DNA of 41,822 nt from Candidatus Moraniibacteriota bacterium (GCA_029938745.1 JAOZUJ010000002.1:1-41822); one strand, 5' to 3'; positions 27,975 through 41,500 are shown, counted from the stretch's first letter. Program-made: numbers and translations. Notes: a model not told the origin generated them from the sequence alone.

Positions 27975-30900
27975 CTATTTCATTTTCACATCACCTTTCA
28001 TTTTCACATCACCTCTTACTTTTATTTGTCTAGGATTTGGAGTTGTAGATGATGTTGTTGTGAAATTTTCTTCGGATCCATAACTTGTCCCTGCACTATT
28101 TGTTGCTTTTGCTCTGACAAAATATGGTGTATTTGGTGTAAGTCCCGTAAGAACACAAGAGTATGTACCAGCATCATCAATGCCAGCACTGCATTCATTT
28201 GTATATGTGCCACTTACTGTTCCCCATTCTATAAACCTCTCCGGATTTTCACCACCCGTATCTGTTACATTTCCATTTCCTGTCGCTGTAGTTGAATTGA
28301 TATTTGTTATTTGATCTGTTGATACCGTTGGAGCGCTTACTGTACAACCTAATCCAGCATCATTAATTGTCCAGCTGTAATTTGAAATAATATTTGCTCT
28401 CTGGGTTGCGCTAGCACAATAGCTTGCTGATGCATCTAAAGTTACTCCATTTTGCAGAGTTTGTGATTCCCAACCTATTAGTGTTGCGTCATAGCTTGCT
28501 GTTGAAAGATCTGAACCTATAAACATATTTGTCATATTTGTCACATTGTCTACGTGCCATGTACCTAAATTTTGATTGAATGCTGAAGCGGATCTAAACA
28601 TAGTGTCCATACGTGTGACGGATGATGTGTCCCATGAGCTTATGTCTTGGTTGAATGCTGAAGCATTGTAAAACATGCCATTCATACTTGTGACAGAGGA
28701 GGTGGCCCAGGAGCTGATGTCTTGGTTAAATAATGGGGTACTGCTAAACATACCCAGCATATTCGTAACGGAAGTTGTGGTCCATGAGCTTATATTTTGA
28801 TTGAATGCTGAAGCACTGCTAAACATACTGGACATATTTGTGACGGAGGATGTATCCCATAAACTTATATTTCCATTAAATGCAGATGCCGCGTTAAACA
28901 TTTGTGCCATATTTGTAACATTTCCCACTTGCCATGAATTCAGATCTTGATTGAATGTGGATGCATGACTAAACATATTAACCATATTTGTAACAGAAGA
29001 TGTATCCCAAGAATTTATATTTTGATTGAATGCTGAAGCGTAGTAAAACATACTGGACATATTTGTGACAGAGGTAGTGGTCCAAGAGGAGATGTCTTGG
29101 TTGAAAACTGTCGCATATTGAAACATGCCATACATATTTGTCACTGAATTTATGGACCAAGAACTTATATCTTGATTGAATGTGGATGCTCCAGAAAACA
29201 TACGGTCCATATATGTGACAGAAGATGTATCCCATGAACTTATATCTTGGTTAAATGCAGATGCATTGTGAAACATAGCTCCCATATATGTGACAGAAGA
29301 TGTATCCCATGAACTTATATTTCCATTAAATGCAGATGCCTCGTAAAATACTTGTGCCATACTCGTAACATTTCCCACTTGCCATGAATTCAAGTCTTGA
29401 TTGAATGTGGTTGCAAGCAAAAACATGCCAGGCATATATGTGACGGATGATGTGTCCCAGGAACCTATATCTTGATTGAATGCAGATGCACCATAAAACA
29501 TATATCTCATATCTGTGATAGAAGATGTATCCCATGAACCTATGTCTTGATTGAAAGCAATTGCATTATTAAACAGCCATGTCATATTCGTGACAGAAGA
29601 TGTGTCCCATGAGCTTATGTCCTCATTAAATACAGATGCAAAAGAAAACATATATGCCATAGTTGTAACAGAAGATAAATCAGGTACATCTGTAAAAGTT
29701 CCTGTCATGTTACTGCATCCTTGAAAAGCCCTATACATTGACGTCCAAATACCTGTTCCCCATTGATCTATTGAGAGAAGTTTTTCTCTGTCACCAGTAT
29801 TGTTAAAATAAATTTGAGGAAATCCAGTCTTAGCTCCCGTGTTATCTTTTATTCTTATTGTATATGTTCCTGCACTTGCGTAATTGCATGTATAATCTCC
29901 CGTTTGGGCCGCTGCCTCATCAATTCCATCATTATTACAATCAACATTATAATTATATCCACCTCCTGTTGTAGGAATTGTGAATTGCGTGTCTGATGAT
30001 GGACCTATATTATCTGTTTTTACTGTTATGACGAAATTATTGTGACTACAATCTAGTCCTGCGTCATTTATTATCCAAGAGTATATTGAAATAATATTTG
30101 CTCTCTGGGTTGCACTGTTACAATAATGTGCCGATGCATCTAGCGTGACATTATTTTGAAGTGATGGACGTGCATTCCAGCCTATGAGTGTCAAATCATA
30201 ATTTGCTATTGAAAGAGCTGAACCTATGAACATGCTTGCCATATCTATCACATTGTCCACATGCCATACACCCAGATCTTGATCGAATGCTGAGGTATTG
30301 CGAAACATAAATGACATATCTGTGACAGAGGAGGTGGTCCAGGAGCTTATGTCTTGATTGAATGCTGTGGCACTGTTAAACATACTGGACATATCTGTGA
30401 CGGAAGTGGTAGCCCAGGAGCTTATGTCTTGATTGAATGCTAGAGCAGCCTGAAACATATGTGACATATCTGTAACAGAGGAAGTGACCCAGGAGCTAAC
30501 GTCCCCATTGAATGCTGAGGCATAATAAAACATATATGACATATTTGTGACGGAAGAGGTGTCCCAAGTGCTGACGTCCCCGTTGAATACTGAGGCACGC
30601 CAAAACATACGATTCATATCTGTGACGGAAGAGGTGTCCCAAGTGCTGACGTCCCCGTTGAATACTGAAGCGTTGTGAAACATACCAGATATATCTGTAA
30701 CAGAAGACAAATCAGGCATATCTGCAAAATTACCAACCACATTATCACATCCATAAAAAGCTCTGTACATACTAGTCCAAATACCTGTACCCCACTGATT
30801 GATATCTAAAAGTTTTTCTCTATCTCCTATGTTATTAAAGTAAATCCTTGGAAATCCAGTTTTTGCTCCTATATTGTCTTTGATTCTTATTGTATACGTT

Positions 30901-32438
30901 CCTGCACTTCCATAATTACATGTGTAATCGCCTGTCTGAGCTGTTGCCTCGTCAGTTCCATCGTTATTACAATCTACATTATAATTATATCCGATTCCTG
31001 TTGTCGGAATTGTGAATTGCGTGTCTGATGAACTTCCTATGTTATCTGTTTTTACTGTTATGACAAAGTCTTTATGAGTACAATCTAAACCTGCATCAGT
31101 TATTGCCCAATTATACGTTGAGATCATATTAGCTCTCTGGGTTGTACTATCACAATAATGTGATGATGAGCGTAGCACTACATTATCTTTGAGTGCCTGT
31201 GATTCCCATCCTATCAGCAACGCATCATAATTTGCTGTCGAAAAATTAGTTGCATTATACAACATCTGACTTGCATGTGTTAAATTACTAACATCCCATG
31301 TACCTAAATTTTGATTGAAAGAAGTAGCCCCATAGAACATGCTATTTGCGTTTGTCAAAGAAGTCGTAGCCCATGAATTTAAAGGTTGATCAAACCTTGT
31401 TGCATTGTAGAACATAAGAGCCATATTTGTTACAGAAGAGGGTGTCCAGGAGTTTAGAGGTTGATTGAATACAGATGTATAACCAAACGTGCCAGTCATA
31501 GTTGTTACGGAAGATACGTCCCATGAACTTATGTCTTGATTAAATGCAGTTGTACTTTGGAACATCCCATCCATATTTATTAAAGAACCTGTATTCCATG
31601 AATTTATCGGCTGATTAAATACTGCTACTCCAAACATATATTGCATATCTGTTACGGAAGATGGCACCCAAGAGTTTAGAGATTGATTAAATGCAGTTGT
31701 CTGATAAAACATATATGCCATATTCGTTACAGAGGATACATCCCATGAATCTATACCACTATTAAAAGAAGTTGCTGCACGAAACATTTGTGACATATTT
31801 GTTACCGATGATGTATCCCAAGAATTTAAATTTTGATTGAACGACGTGGCACTATTGAACATATTCAGCATATTTGTTACAGAAGATACATCCCATGAAT
31901 CTATATCACTATTAAAAGAAGACGCCATTTGAAACATCCCACTCATACTTGTTACAGAAGACAAGTCAGGCGCATCTGAAAAGTTTCCTGTTAAATTTGG
32001 ACAGGATGTAAAAGCATTGGCCATGGAAGTCCAAATCCCCGTGCCCCACTGCTCAATTGTCATTAACTTCGATCGATCGGAACCAGCGTTAATGGCATAA
32101 AATCTCGGAAAACCAGTTTTTGCTCCTGAGTTATCCTTTATTCTTATTGTATATGTCCCTGCACTTGCATAATTACATGTGTAGCCCGCTGTTTGACCTG
32201 TTGCTTCATCTGAACCATCATTATCACAATCAACATTGTAGTTAATCCCAGTTCCCGCTGCCGGTATAATAAAACTTTGACTCCCTACTGGCACCTGCAC
32301 AGTTATCACAAAATCATCTAATGGTGCCGCCTGCACATCATCTACTGTTGCAAAAAATACAAACGACATCGCAAAAAACACCGCCATTAGCAATGGTATT
32401 TGTTTTTTGTTATAACTTTTTTTGAAAAAATTATTCAT
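27975..32438 (-). CDS. Secreted BspA/DUF285-type repeat surface protein with three tandem modules and a C-terminal FnIII-like domain (start 32438 or 32480)
   Basis: Signal peptide ending VQA, three DFVITV...QWGTGIW caps each followed by 25-aa [25 protein letters not shown] repeats, and [18 protein letters not shown] (FnIII-like). Confidence 0.9.
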   Translation of the reverse strand: MNNFFKKSYNKKQIPLLMAVFFAMSFVFFATVDDVQAAPLDDFVITVQVPVGSQSFIIPAAGTGINYNVDCDNDGSDEATGQTAGYTCNYASAGTYTIRIKDNSGAKTGFPRFYAINAGSDRSKLMTIEQWGTGIWTSMANAFTSCPNLTGNFSDAPDLSSVTSMSGMFQMASSFNSDIDSWDVSSVTNMLNMFNSATSFNQNLNSWDTSSVTNMSQMFRAATSFNSGIDSWDVSSVTNMAYMFYQTTAFNQSLNSWVPSSVTDMQYMFGVAVFNQPINSWNTGSLINMDGMFQSTTAFNQDISSWDVSSVTTMTGTFGYTSVFNQPLNSWTPSSVTNMALMFYNATRFDQPLNSWATTSLTNANSMFYGATSFNQNLGTWDVSNLTHASQMLYNATNFSTANYDALLIGWESQALKDNVVLRSSSHYCDSTTQRANMISTYNWAITDAGLDCTHKDFVITVKTDNIGSSSDTQFTIPTTGIGYNYNVDCNNDGTDEATAQTGDYTCNYGSAGTYTIRIKDNIGAKTGFPRIYFNNIGDREKLLDINQWGTGIWTSMYRAFYGCDNVVGNFADMPDLSSVTDISGMFHNASVFNGDVSTWDTSSVTDMNRMFWRASVFNGDVSTWDTSSVTNMSYMFYYASAFNGDVSSWVTSSVTDMSHMFQAALAFNQDISSWATTSVTDMSSMFNSATAFNQDISSWTTSSVTDMSFMFRNTSAFDQDLGVWHVDNVIDMASMFIGSALSIANYDLTLIGWNARPSLQNNVTLDASAHYCNSATQRANIISIYSWIINDAGLDCSHNNFVITVKTDNIGPSSDTQFTIPTTGGGYNYNVDCNNDGIDEAAAQTGDYTCNYASAGTYTIRIKDNTGAKTGFPQIYFNNTGDREKLLSIDQWGTGIWTSMYRAFQGCSNMTGTFTDVPDLSSVTTMAYMFSFASVFNEDISSWDTSSVTNMTWLFNNAIAFNQDIGSWDTSSITDMRYMFYGASAFNQDIGSWDTSSVTYMPGMFLLATTFNQDLNSWQVGNVTSMAQVFYEASAFNGNISSWDTSSVTYMGAMFHNASAFNQDISSWDTSSVTYMDRMFSGASTFNQDISSWSINSVTNMYGMFQYATVFNQDISSWTTTSVTNMSSMFYYASAFNQNINSWDTSSVTNMVNMFSHASTFNQDLNSWQVGNVTNMAQMFNAASAFNGNISLWDTSSVTNMSSMFSSASAFNQNISSWTTTSVTNMLGMFSSTPLFNQDISSWATSSVTSMNGMFYNASAFNQDISSWDTSSVTRMDTMFRSASAFNQNLGTWHVDNVTNMTNMFIGSDLSTASYDATLIGWESQTLQNGVTLDASASYCASATQRANIISNYSWTINDAGLGCTVSAPTVSTDQITNINSTTATGNGNVTDTGGENPERFIEWGTVSGTYTNECSAGIDDAGTYSCVLTGLTPNTPYFVRAKATNSAGTSYGSEENFTTTSSTTPNPRQIKVRGDVKMKGDVKMK
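28530..31970 (-). repeat. Three arrays of 75-bp coding tandem repeats (about 9, 6 and 15 units)
   Basis: 48-bp exact match at 30546-30593 and 30621-30668; 39-bp exact match at 29207-29245 and 29282-29320. Confidence 0.9.
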
Positions 32439-32490
32439 TATTTTTTGTCTATATAAAACCAGATCAATGATACTACCCACATAATGATTA

Positions 32491-32528
32491 CAAGGTCCAG
32501 CCTTCGGATATCCGAAGGCTGGACCTTG
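32491..32528. repeat. Perfect 38-bp GC-rich palindrome (REP-doublet-like)
   Basis: CAAGGTCCAGCCTTCGGATATCCGAAGGCTGGACCTTG equals its reverse complement. Confidence 0.9.
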
Positions 32529-32558
32529 GTCATCCTACAACCATTTTTATCTCCCTTT

Positions 32559-35500
32559 TTAATTATTTGCTATTTTTTCAACAATCCACCAGTTTACTTT
32601 TACAGCTTTCTCTACAGTTCCCTCCAAATTGATTACAAATCCATCAAATTCATCATCTTCATCTTTCGATTTTTCTACCCAGCTTGTTGTGCCTGGATTA
32701 TTTTCAAATGTTGTAAATATTGTTGTGTTTTCACTTATTGCATCACTTTTGACAAACACACTTTTACCGTCATTTTTATTTTCATCACTTGTATCCTCCA
32801 CACATTCACTATCCACCAATACATAATTCACTGGGCAAATGCTTACCACACCAATTGTTTCATTTTTTCCACCTGCTATTGTCAATTTTTCTGTTTCAAT
32901 CTCCTGTGCAACTAATTTCACAGTATTCACAACTCCCTCAATTGTTAAGTCACCTTGATCATCTGTGTATACAAGTGTATCTGGATTTATAGAAATAAAG
33001 AAACTCATTAACTCTTCATGTGTTGTTTTTATATCAATCATTCTATTTTCTATGTCATTTATCAAATTTGCATTTACATTTGCTTTTTCTTGCACTGTTA
33101 ATATATTACTATCATTTTTTTGTACTTGTAGGGATAAGTTATTAACCTGGCCTGCGACATCAACAAACTGATTTTCAATATCGCCTAGATTTTCATCTAC
33201 TGACGTTTGTAATTGTTGTAAAGTATTTATGTTTGTATCTGTTTGTAATGATAAGTTTGATACGTTATTTGAGTTTGTTGTTATTAATTGATTTTGTTCT
33301 TTTATTGCTCCTGTAAGTAACGCTGTTATATTTCCATAAGATATTCCATATCCATATTCTTCACTTCCTACTACTACTTCTGGAATTATTTCCTTTACAT
33401 CTTGAGCTATAAAACCTATTTGTCTATTGCTATTTGGATTTGCTCTCCAATTAAAATATATATTTTCTAATGATAAAACTTTATCTAATGAACTCTCCAT
33501 CGGCGTTATGTGTGTTTTTAATCTTTTGTCCGATGAATGTACCCAGCCACTTGTCGTGTACGTTCCCGTTGTTGAACCGTTATAAACTTCTAGTCGTTCA
33601 GTTGGATTTGTTGTACCAATGCCAACATTACCACTTGGCTCAACTGTAAGTTTTGTACCAGCAATATACGTATATGTTCCACCACCTGATGATGAAAATC
33701 CTATTGTTGTTGTCATAAATGTGTCCGATGCAATTGTTGCAATTGTTCGTGTCTCCCCACCAACAGTAATTGTACTACCAACACTAAACGTAGAAGTAAA
33801 CTTTGTATTATACCCTGTTATATTTGTTGTAATTGGTATTAAAAACGATACAGTACCTGGTCCAGTTTCTACTGCTGAACTAGTCACATTAAGTCCTGAG
33901 CCTATTGTGTATGAGCTGGTAGCATTATCTATACCTGAGAAAAAATCATGTGCATTTCCATCAAATTGAATTGATGTATCTTGTGCCACTCCGGAACCAA
34001 TTACCATAGCTGATTCTGTTGCGCTCGTTGCACTTATGAGTAGTTCTCCAGCACTGTTAACTGAGAAATCTGTGTAATTTGAGCTATCATATGACAATCT
34101 CATTTTGTTATCAGTTCCAAAAATGCTTAGTTTTGCATTTGGTGTAGATGTTCCTATGCCAAGTCTATTGTTTGCATCATCCCAAAAGAAATTTGTATCA
34201 TCAGCACCTAGATCTCCTCCATTGTTAAATTGTATTGCTCCTGTGGATCCTGCTACTGCTGTAGAGCTATCAGATGAGAACAGTATTACACTTCCAAATT
34301 TTTTGTTATTTGTCCATGATGTTTCAGTTCCTGAACTTTCATTTGTAACACTCATTGTTACCCAGCTTCCATTATCAGTTACTGAATTTATGAGGTATAA
34401 ACCTGCTTCATTTTGATCATCCAATCTTTGTAAATATATTTGATCTCCACTCTTTAGTGAATTTAATATGTTACTTACTTCTGCATTACTACTTTCTTCT
34501 GAGAAATATATTTCTGTTACACTTGCAACAGTTGCATTATTTAATCTGAAATTTCCATTTCCTGGATCACCGCTTGTTGTTGAGTCCTTGAAGCTCCATT
34601 CAATTTGAAGACTTCCTCCTGTCCCATTATTTGTAAGTGATAGCCAATCAGTTCCGTTGTAACCTTCAAAGTCTGTGCCATTGTATCTTATTGAACCTGT
34701 GTTTGAATTTGTTGTTGTTCCTAAATTAATTGCACCAGCCACTTGCAATCTTTCATTTGGCACGACTGCACCTATCCCAATATTACCACTTGACACTGTT
34801 GTGCCAGTACCATCTATACCTGTCCCAAAAATGAGATTTCCCATTGAAAGTTGATTTGAGCCCGCTGCATTTTGTGCATCAATATCATAACCAATAATAA
34901 GATTATTTGACCCAGTATTAATATTTCCGCCTGCATCATAACCCAACAAAGTATTTGCACTTCCTGATGCATTTCGTCCTGCAAAGCTTCCTAATACAGT
35001 ATTATATGAGCCCGTTGAGCCTGCAGCTAATGCATATTGTCCAATTGCAGTATTATTATCTCCATCTATACCGTTCATCATTGCACGACTACCCATAGCT
35101 GTATTATTGATACCACTATTATTACCAACTAAAGCCATGCGTCCAAATGCGCTGTTATCATTTCCATCTGTATTATTTGCCAATGCACCATATCCACTTG
35201 CTGTATTTGCATATCCATCTAAATTATCTTGTAACGCAATTGAGCCAATGCCAACATTCCAATAACCCGTCGTATTTCTTTCTCCCGCATTATATCCGAT
35301 AAATACATTACGATTATCACTAAAATCATCAGCCTCGCCAGCATGATCACCAATAAATACAGAACCTCCTGAATTCATCACATTTAGTCGTGGACCATCC
35401 ATTGTGAAGTATTCTGTGCCACCAAGATCAAATCTGATAATATCTTCATTTGCATTTTTCTCTGTTTGAATACCTGTATCACCGTCTGTATCCCAGATTG

Positions 35501-38500
35501 CTGTCGGTACACTTCCAGTGGAATCTGTCTGCCACGTTAAATCCCCACTTCCGTTTGTTTTAAGAATTTGTCCATTCGTGCCATCTGTATTCGGAAGGGT
35601 GTAGGCACCAATTGTGAGAGCGTCTGTAAATCTTCCATCTCCATTTACATCTAATTTGTAATCTGGTGTTACTGTGCCAATGCCAACTTTGTGACTACTC
35701 GGACTAATGTACAAACTAGAATCCCAACCTGGTCCTGAATCTCCTGCCGTTAATACATACCCAACATTTCCAAGCGGTAATGCACTGAGAGTTCCTCCAT
35801 CATTGCCATACATCAAGTCTCCTGTGTTGTATGATGTTAGTCCCGTGCCTCCATACGCAACATCTATGATATTTCCTTGCCATGTACCATCTGTAACATA
35901 TCCAGATTCAGATATTTTGAAGTTCCCTGCGATATCAAATAAACTAGATGGAGTTGAAGTTCCAAGACCAAATCTTCCTTGACTATCTACTACAAGAATA
36001 GAAGAATATGTAAAATTCACTGATAGATCCTTTAAGATTGGTACTGATGAGCCATCAGTAGATGTGAAGTATACTTTGTACTGATACCAGTCGTCTCCAT
36101 CATGCGTTGAATTTATGTTCTCTCCTGCGCTAGTTGTGTAATAATCTCCTGTGCCTGTTGGACCGTACCAGGTTGCAGTTGAAAGTCCTGCTTCAGTTCC
36201 AGCTGACCGTAGTTGAATTTCTATATCTGTATTTGTTGGAATTGTTTCTGTCCATTCCACAGTTGTGTAAGTTTGAGCAGAGGCTGGGATATTGATGGCT
36301 TGAGAAGTAAAATCGCCGGAGGGTTTAATACTAATATCATTACTAAAGTAATACATAGAACTTTGTCCGCCTCCATTATGTCCACCTACCACTATATCAA
36401 TATCACCATCATTATCCACATCTGCAAGAGATGGTTTCGCATAATGCCCTACATCTACTGGCAACCAATCAGAACTCACATGTGTCCATGAAGGTGAACT
36501 AGCTGTTCCATCATTTCGGAAATAATAGACGACACCAGTGGTCTCTCCAACTGCCAGATCATAATCACCATCATTATCTATATCAACAAAAAATGGAGCT
36601 GCCTCTAGCCCAACATCAACTGGTAGCCAATTAGAACTCACATGTGTCCATGAAGGTGAACTAGCTGTTCCATCATTTCGGAAATAATCAACATATCCAT
36701 CCCAATTTCCAACAGCCAAATCATAATCGCCATCATTATCTATATCTGCAAGAGTCGGAAACATACTATTCGCTCTGACTGGCACCCAATCAGAGCTCGC
36801 ATGTGTCCATGAGGGTGAACTAGCTGTTCCATCATTTCGGAAATAATTAATTCTATTTTGATCACTCCCTACAACCAAATCATAATCACCATCATTATCC
36901 ATATCTGCAAATGCTGGTGACGCATTAGGACCTCCGCCATTTGGAGAGACTCGAACAGGTAACCAATCAGAGCTCACATGTGTCCAAAATGGAGAACTGG
37001 CAGTACCATCATTGCGAAAATATTCAATACGACCTGTACAATCCCCAACTGCCAAATCGTAATCACCATCATTGTCTATATCTGAAAAAGCTGGTTGTCC
37101 ATTCCATGCACACACACTAACTGGTAACCAATCAGAACTCTCGTGATTCCAATCCGGATTTCCTGGATCACCACCAAGAACAATTTCCGCATTCTTTCCT
37201 GTGTATTGTACATTTGTATCTGATGTTGTTCCTGCATTAAAATCATCATCAGTTGTATCTGTTCTCGATGATGTGTTATTAGCAGATGCATTTATATTAA
37301 AATTACCTGCAATTGAAAGAGTTGATGTTGGTACATCCGTCCCAATTCCTACATTACCTGTGTTGAAATAAATATCTGATCCATCTTCTGTCCATGGAGT
37401 TACAACACTTGTATCTGAACATTCCCAACTTGTACCATCCCATTGTGCGATATTTCCATTTGCACATGTGAGATCTCCTAGTGTGTCATTATCATCTCCA
37501 AACTCTAATCCATCGCCTGCTGCATTTACTTTTACAAATTGATTTGCTGTGTAACTTCCTGGCGTATCTGATAACCCTAGAAATGTTGTTACTCCACCAC
37601 TAGCAACTGAATCAACATACTCTTTTGTTGTAAGAGCAGTATTTCCTCTACTGTTAATTTCTGCAATGCTGAATTGTGGTGCTAGGATGCTTCCATCTGT
37701 ATATATTTCAAATGCATTTGCTCTATTTGCATTGTCTACTCCTATACCTGTTTCATGAATTGTGTCTGAAGATGTTCCAAGATTATACAAACCTGCTGAA
37801 TGTTGATTAGCATTTTGTGCAATTGTATAAGCACCCTCAGCGTGAGAAGATTGTCCCGACGCTGTTGACTCATAACCCTCAGCGTGAGAGCCATATTGAC
37901 CTGATGCTTCTGTGACAAATCCTTCAGCATGTGAACCCCAATAGCCTGATGCGAGAGTCCATCTACCTTCAGCATGTGCAGACTCATTTGTTGCTCTCGA
38001 TGATAATCCCTCAGCATGTGAATAATGTCCTGATGCTGTTGTATGATCACCTTCTGCATGTGATCTATTGCCTGATGCTGTTGTATGACTTCCTTCAGCA
38101 TGAGCAGATGCTCCTGATGCTGTTGTAGTATAGCCTTCAGTATGTGACCCCCATTGACCTGATGATATTGTAGCTTCACCCTCTGCATGTGAAGCTCTCC
38201 CCGATGCTATATTACCAGCACCTTCGGCATGTGTGTAATAATCTGATGCTGTATTATTATATCCTTCTACAAACGAATAAGTACCTGTGGCACCTCTCGT
38301 TGTGCTGGCACTACTACTGTATGAAAAATCAACAGCATTAACACCAATATTGCCATAATCTAATGGATTTCTACCTATTAATCTCCAACCCGTACCACTG
38401 CCCTCATCAAGTGTTTCAAGTCCTGTTGCTATCAGCAATGTTGGATCAGTATCACAAACTAATCCATTTGCAGTTGTGTATGTACAAATTCTTCCATCTG

Positions 38501-41500
38501 TGAGTGTGCCTGTATTTACAGAAAATTCATTTGATCCTGAAAGACCTAGTAATGTTCCTGCTGTATACGTTGTATCATTATCCGTTGGTGTAACCCATTC
38601 AATACTTGAACCTGTTGATGAAAGAATTTGACCACTTGTGCCTATTGTTAGAGTATCTAAATTATCTGTTGCAGATGCAAATATTAGATCTCCTGTATTA
38701 TATGATGTAAGTCCTGTACCTCCGTATGCTGTATCTATTGTCGAACCATTCCATGTTCCTTTTGTTACTACTCCACCTTCATTTATTTGTAGATTTCCTC
38801 CAATGTCAAAGAAACTATCTGGTGCTGTACCTAGTCCAAATCTTCCTTGAGTGTCTACTATGAGAGTTGATGTGTAATCAAAGTTAATTGTTACATCTTT
38901 GAGGGTTGGAACTGATGAGCCATCTGTTGATGTAAGATATGCTTTGTATTGATACCACGTGTCTCCATCATGCGTTGCGTTTATGTTTTCTCCTACACTG
39001 GTTGTATAATAATCTCCTGTTCCTGTTGGACCATACCATGTTGCAGCTGTTAAACCTGCTTCAGTTGATGCAGAACGTATTTGAATTTGGATGTCTGTAT
39101 TTGTTGGAACAGTTTCTGTCCATTCTATTGTTGTGTAACTTGTTGCTGTTGAGTTTATTGGTTGAGAGGTAAAGTCTCCTGTTGGGACAAATGATACTCC
39201 GTTTTGGAAATAATGAATAGCACCAGCTCCATCGCCAACGGCAAGGTCAAGGTCACCATCATTGTCCATATCTGCAAAAGCTGGGGAAGCCGTACTGCCT
39301 ACATCACCAATCCAATCTGAACTAACGTGAGTCCAACTTGGAGATGTCGCATCTCCATCATTTCGAAAATATTCCACATATCCATCATAGCCACCAACAG
39401 CGAGATCTTGATCACCATCATTGTCAATATCTACAAATGCAGGTCTAGCCCTCTCGCCAACATCAACGCCTAACCAATTACTACTGATCAATGACCATGA
39501 CGGTGTAGTAGGAGTACCGTCATTGCGCCAGTATTCAACAAGGCCATTATTTTCACCTAGAGCAAGATCGTAATCACCATCATTATCAATATCTGTAGCT
39601 GCAATCCCTATTAATGTTCCCATATCAACTCCTAACCAATTTGAGCTTACAAGCGTCCAAATTGGCGAACCAATAGTCCCATCATTACGATAATATACTA
39701 CATATCCAGGACTATCTCCAGCAATAAGGTCAGGATCTCCATCATTATCCATATCTGCGAACTCTAGGGAGGCCATAAAAGTGGTTGGTTGTAATACTGA
39801 AGGATCCTCAAATGTCCATAGCGGAATTGCATCTGTCCCATCATTACGATAATAACCTATGTGCTGACTATAGCTAATGAACATATCATAATCACTATCA
39901 TTATCAATATCAATCATTTCTGGACCTGCCCAAGCACTTGTTACCACACCAGTCCAATTAGAACTAAGCTTTGTCCAATTAGGATCATTAGGGTCATCAC
40001 CAAGTGTAATTTCAGCAATTTCTCCATTGTATTGTACTATTGTATCTGATGTTGTTCCTGCATTAAAGTCTTCTTCTGTTGTATCAACTCTACTTGATGT
40101 ACTTGATGACGTGGCTTGAATGTCAAAATTTCCTGCTATTGAAAGACTTGAAGTTGGTGCATCTGTTCCTATTCCTACGTTACCTGTATCAAAATATATA
40201 TCTGATCCATCTTCTGTCCATGGAGTTACAACACTTGTATCTGAACATACCCAATCTGTACCATCCCATTGTGCAATTTCTCCATTTGCACATGCAAGAT
40301 CTTCAAGTGTATCTGTATTTGCTGATGCTGCAGCTAAATCTACATATTCTTTTGTTGTAAGAGATGCATTGCTTGTATTGATTTCTGTAATACTTAGTTC
40401 TGGTGCTAAAATTCTACCATCTGTATAAATTTCAAAAGCATTTGCTCTGTTATCATTATCTATGCCTATGCCTGTTTCGTGAATTGTGTCTGTGCTTGTT
40501 CCTATGTTATATAATCCTGTAGCGAGTGAGCCTTGATTTAAAGCAATTGTTCCTTCTCCCATGGCAACACTGTAATTACCCCTGCTAGCAGTATTGTATC
40601 CTGTTGCCAAACTATAAGTTCCTGTAGCTCCATCACCATAGGCATCGGGCCACACAAGCGCGCCTGCATTCACAGCATAGTTATCCATATCGATACTGCC
40701 ACTATTACCTGTGTTAGTCGTCCTAAGTATTGCACTCACTCTTACATCATCACTTACGTCACGAGAAAAAGTGCCAATTAAGATCCAATTAGACCCATTC
40801 CAATAGTATGCGGATGTAGTTCCACTCACTCTACTTATACGTATACGACGATTTGACCCAATTGTCGCAGCGCCATTTCCACTAGAACCAATTCCATCAT
40901 ATGAATATAAATAATAATGACCGTCAGAATGTATCCTAATTAAATTATAATGCCCACTATCATTATATATACGAAAATCTAACGAAGATCCCATTGGTGG
41001 TGGATTGCCATGATCTATTTGCACATCAAAATCTGATGAGCCACTCAAATAATATTGAGACATTATTCCTGCAGTATATCCCTGTCCAGTAACTTTATTT
41101 AATCTTAATTGATTACTTTGTATATCTGCAGTACTTGTTCCTGTAAATGTCCTATCCCATATTATTGGATTTGGTGCATCACCATCACTTCCTGTAAAGT
41201 CATCATCAACATTACTTGGATAATCATATGTTGTCCCCGAAGATAGATCTACAGCATTATTTCCGATATTTCCATAATTATCAGGATTCTGTCCAACTAA
41301 TCGCCATCCTGTATTTGGGCCTTCTGTAAGCTCTTCTAATCCTGTTGAGAGAAAATCCGATGGACTCGTATTACATTCCAATCCCGTACCTACAACATAT
41401 TTACAAAGAGCACCATCTGACAGAATCCCTTCACTGAGTGAGAATTCTGTACCCGTTAAACTCAAAAGTGTATTACCCGTTGCAACTGAATATGTTGTAT

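Noticed and set aside
28530..31970. CRISPR-like repeat-spacer pattern (48-bp repeat plus 27-bp variable part)
   Set aside because: The period is 75 bp and in frame within a DUF285 ORF, the variable parts are homologous to each other, and there is no leader or cas gene.
32484..32915. 143-aa plus-strand ORF starting at the palindrome
   Set aside because: Mostly antisense to the giant gene's C-terminus, with implausible composition.
36471..36847. CRISPR array or DGR template/variable repeat (56-bp repeats)
   Set aside because: These are in-frame FG-GAP repeats with related 103-106-nt intervals. The three differences are T-to-C on the coding strand rather than A-to-N, and there is no reverse transcriptase in the window.
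32559..38290. Trimeric autotransporter (type Vc)
   Set aside because: YadA-head-like repeats are present, but I could not recognise a YadA-type membrane anchor with a terminal aromatic residue; the C-terminus is S74 plus a different module.
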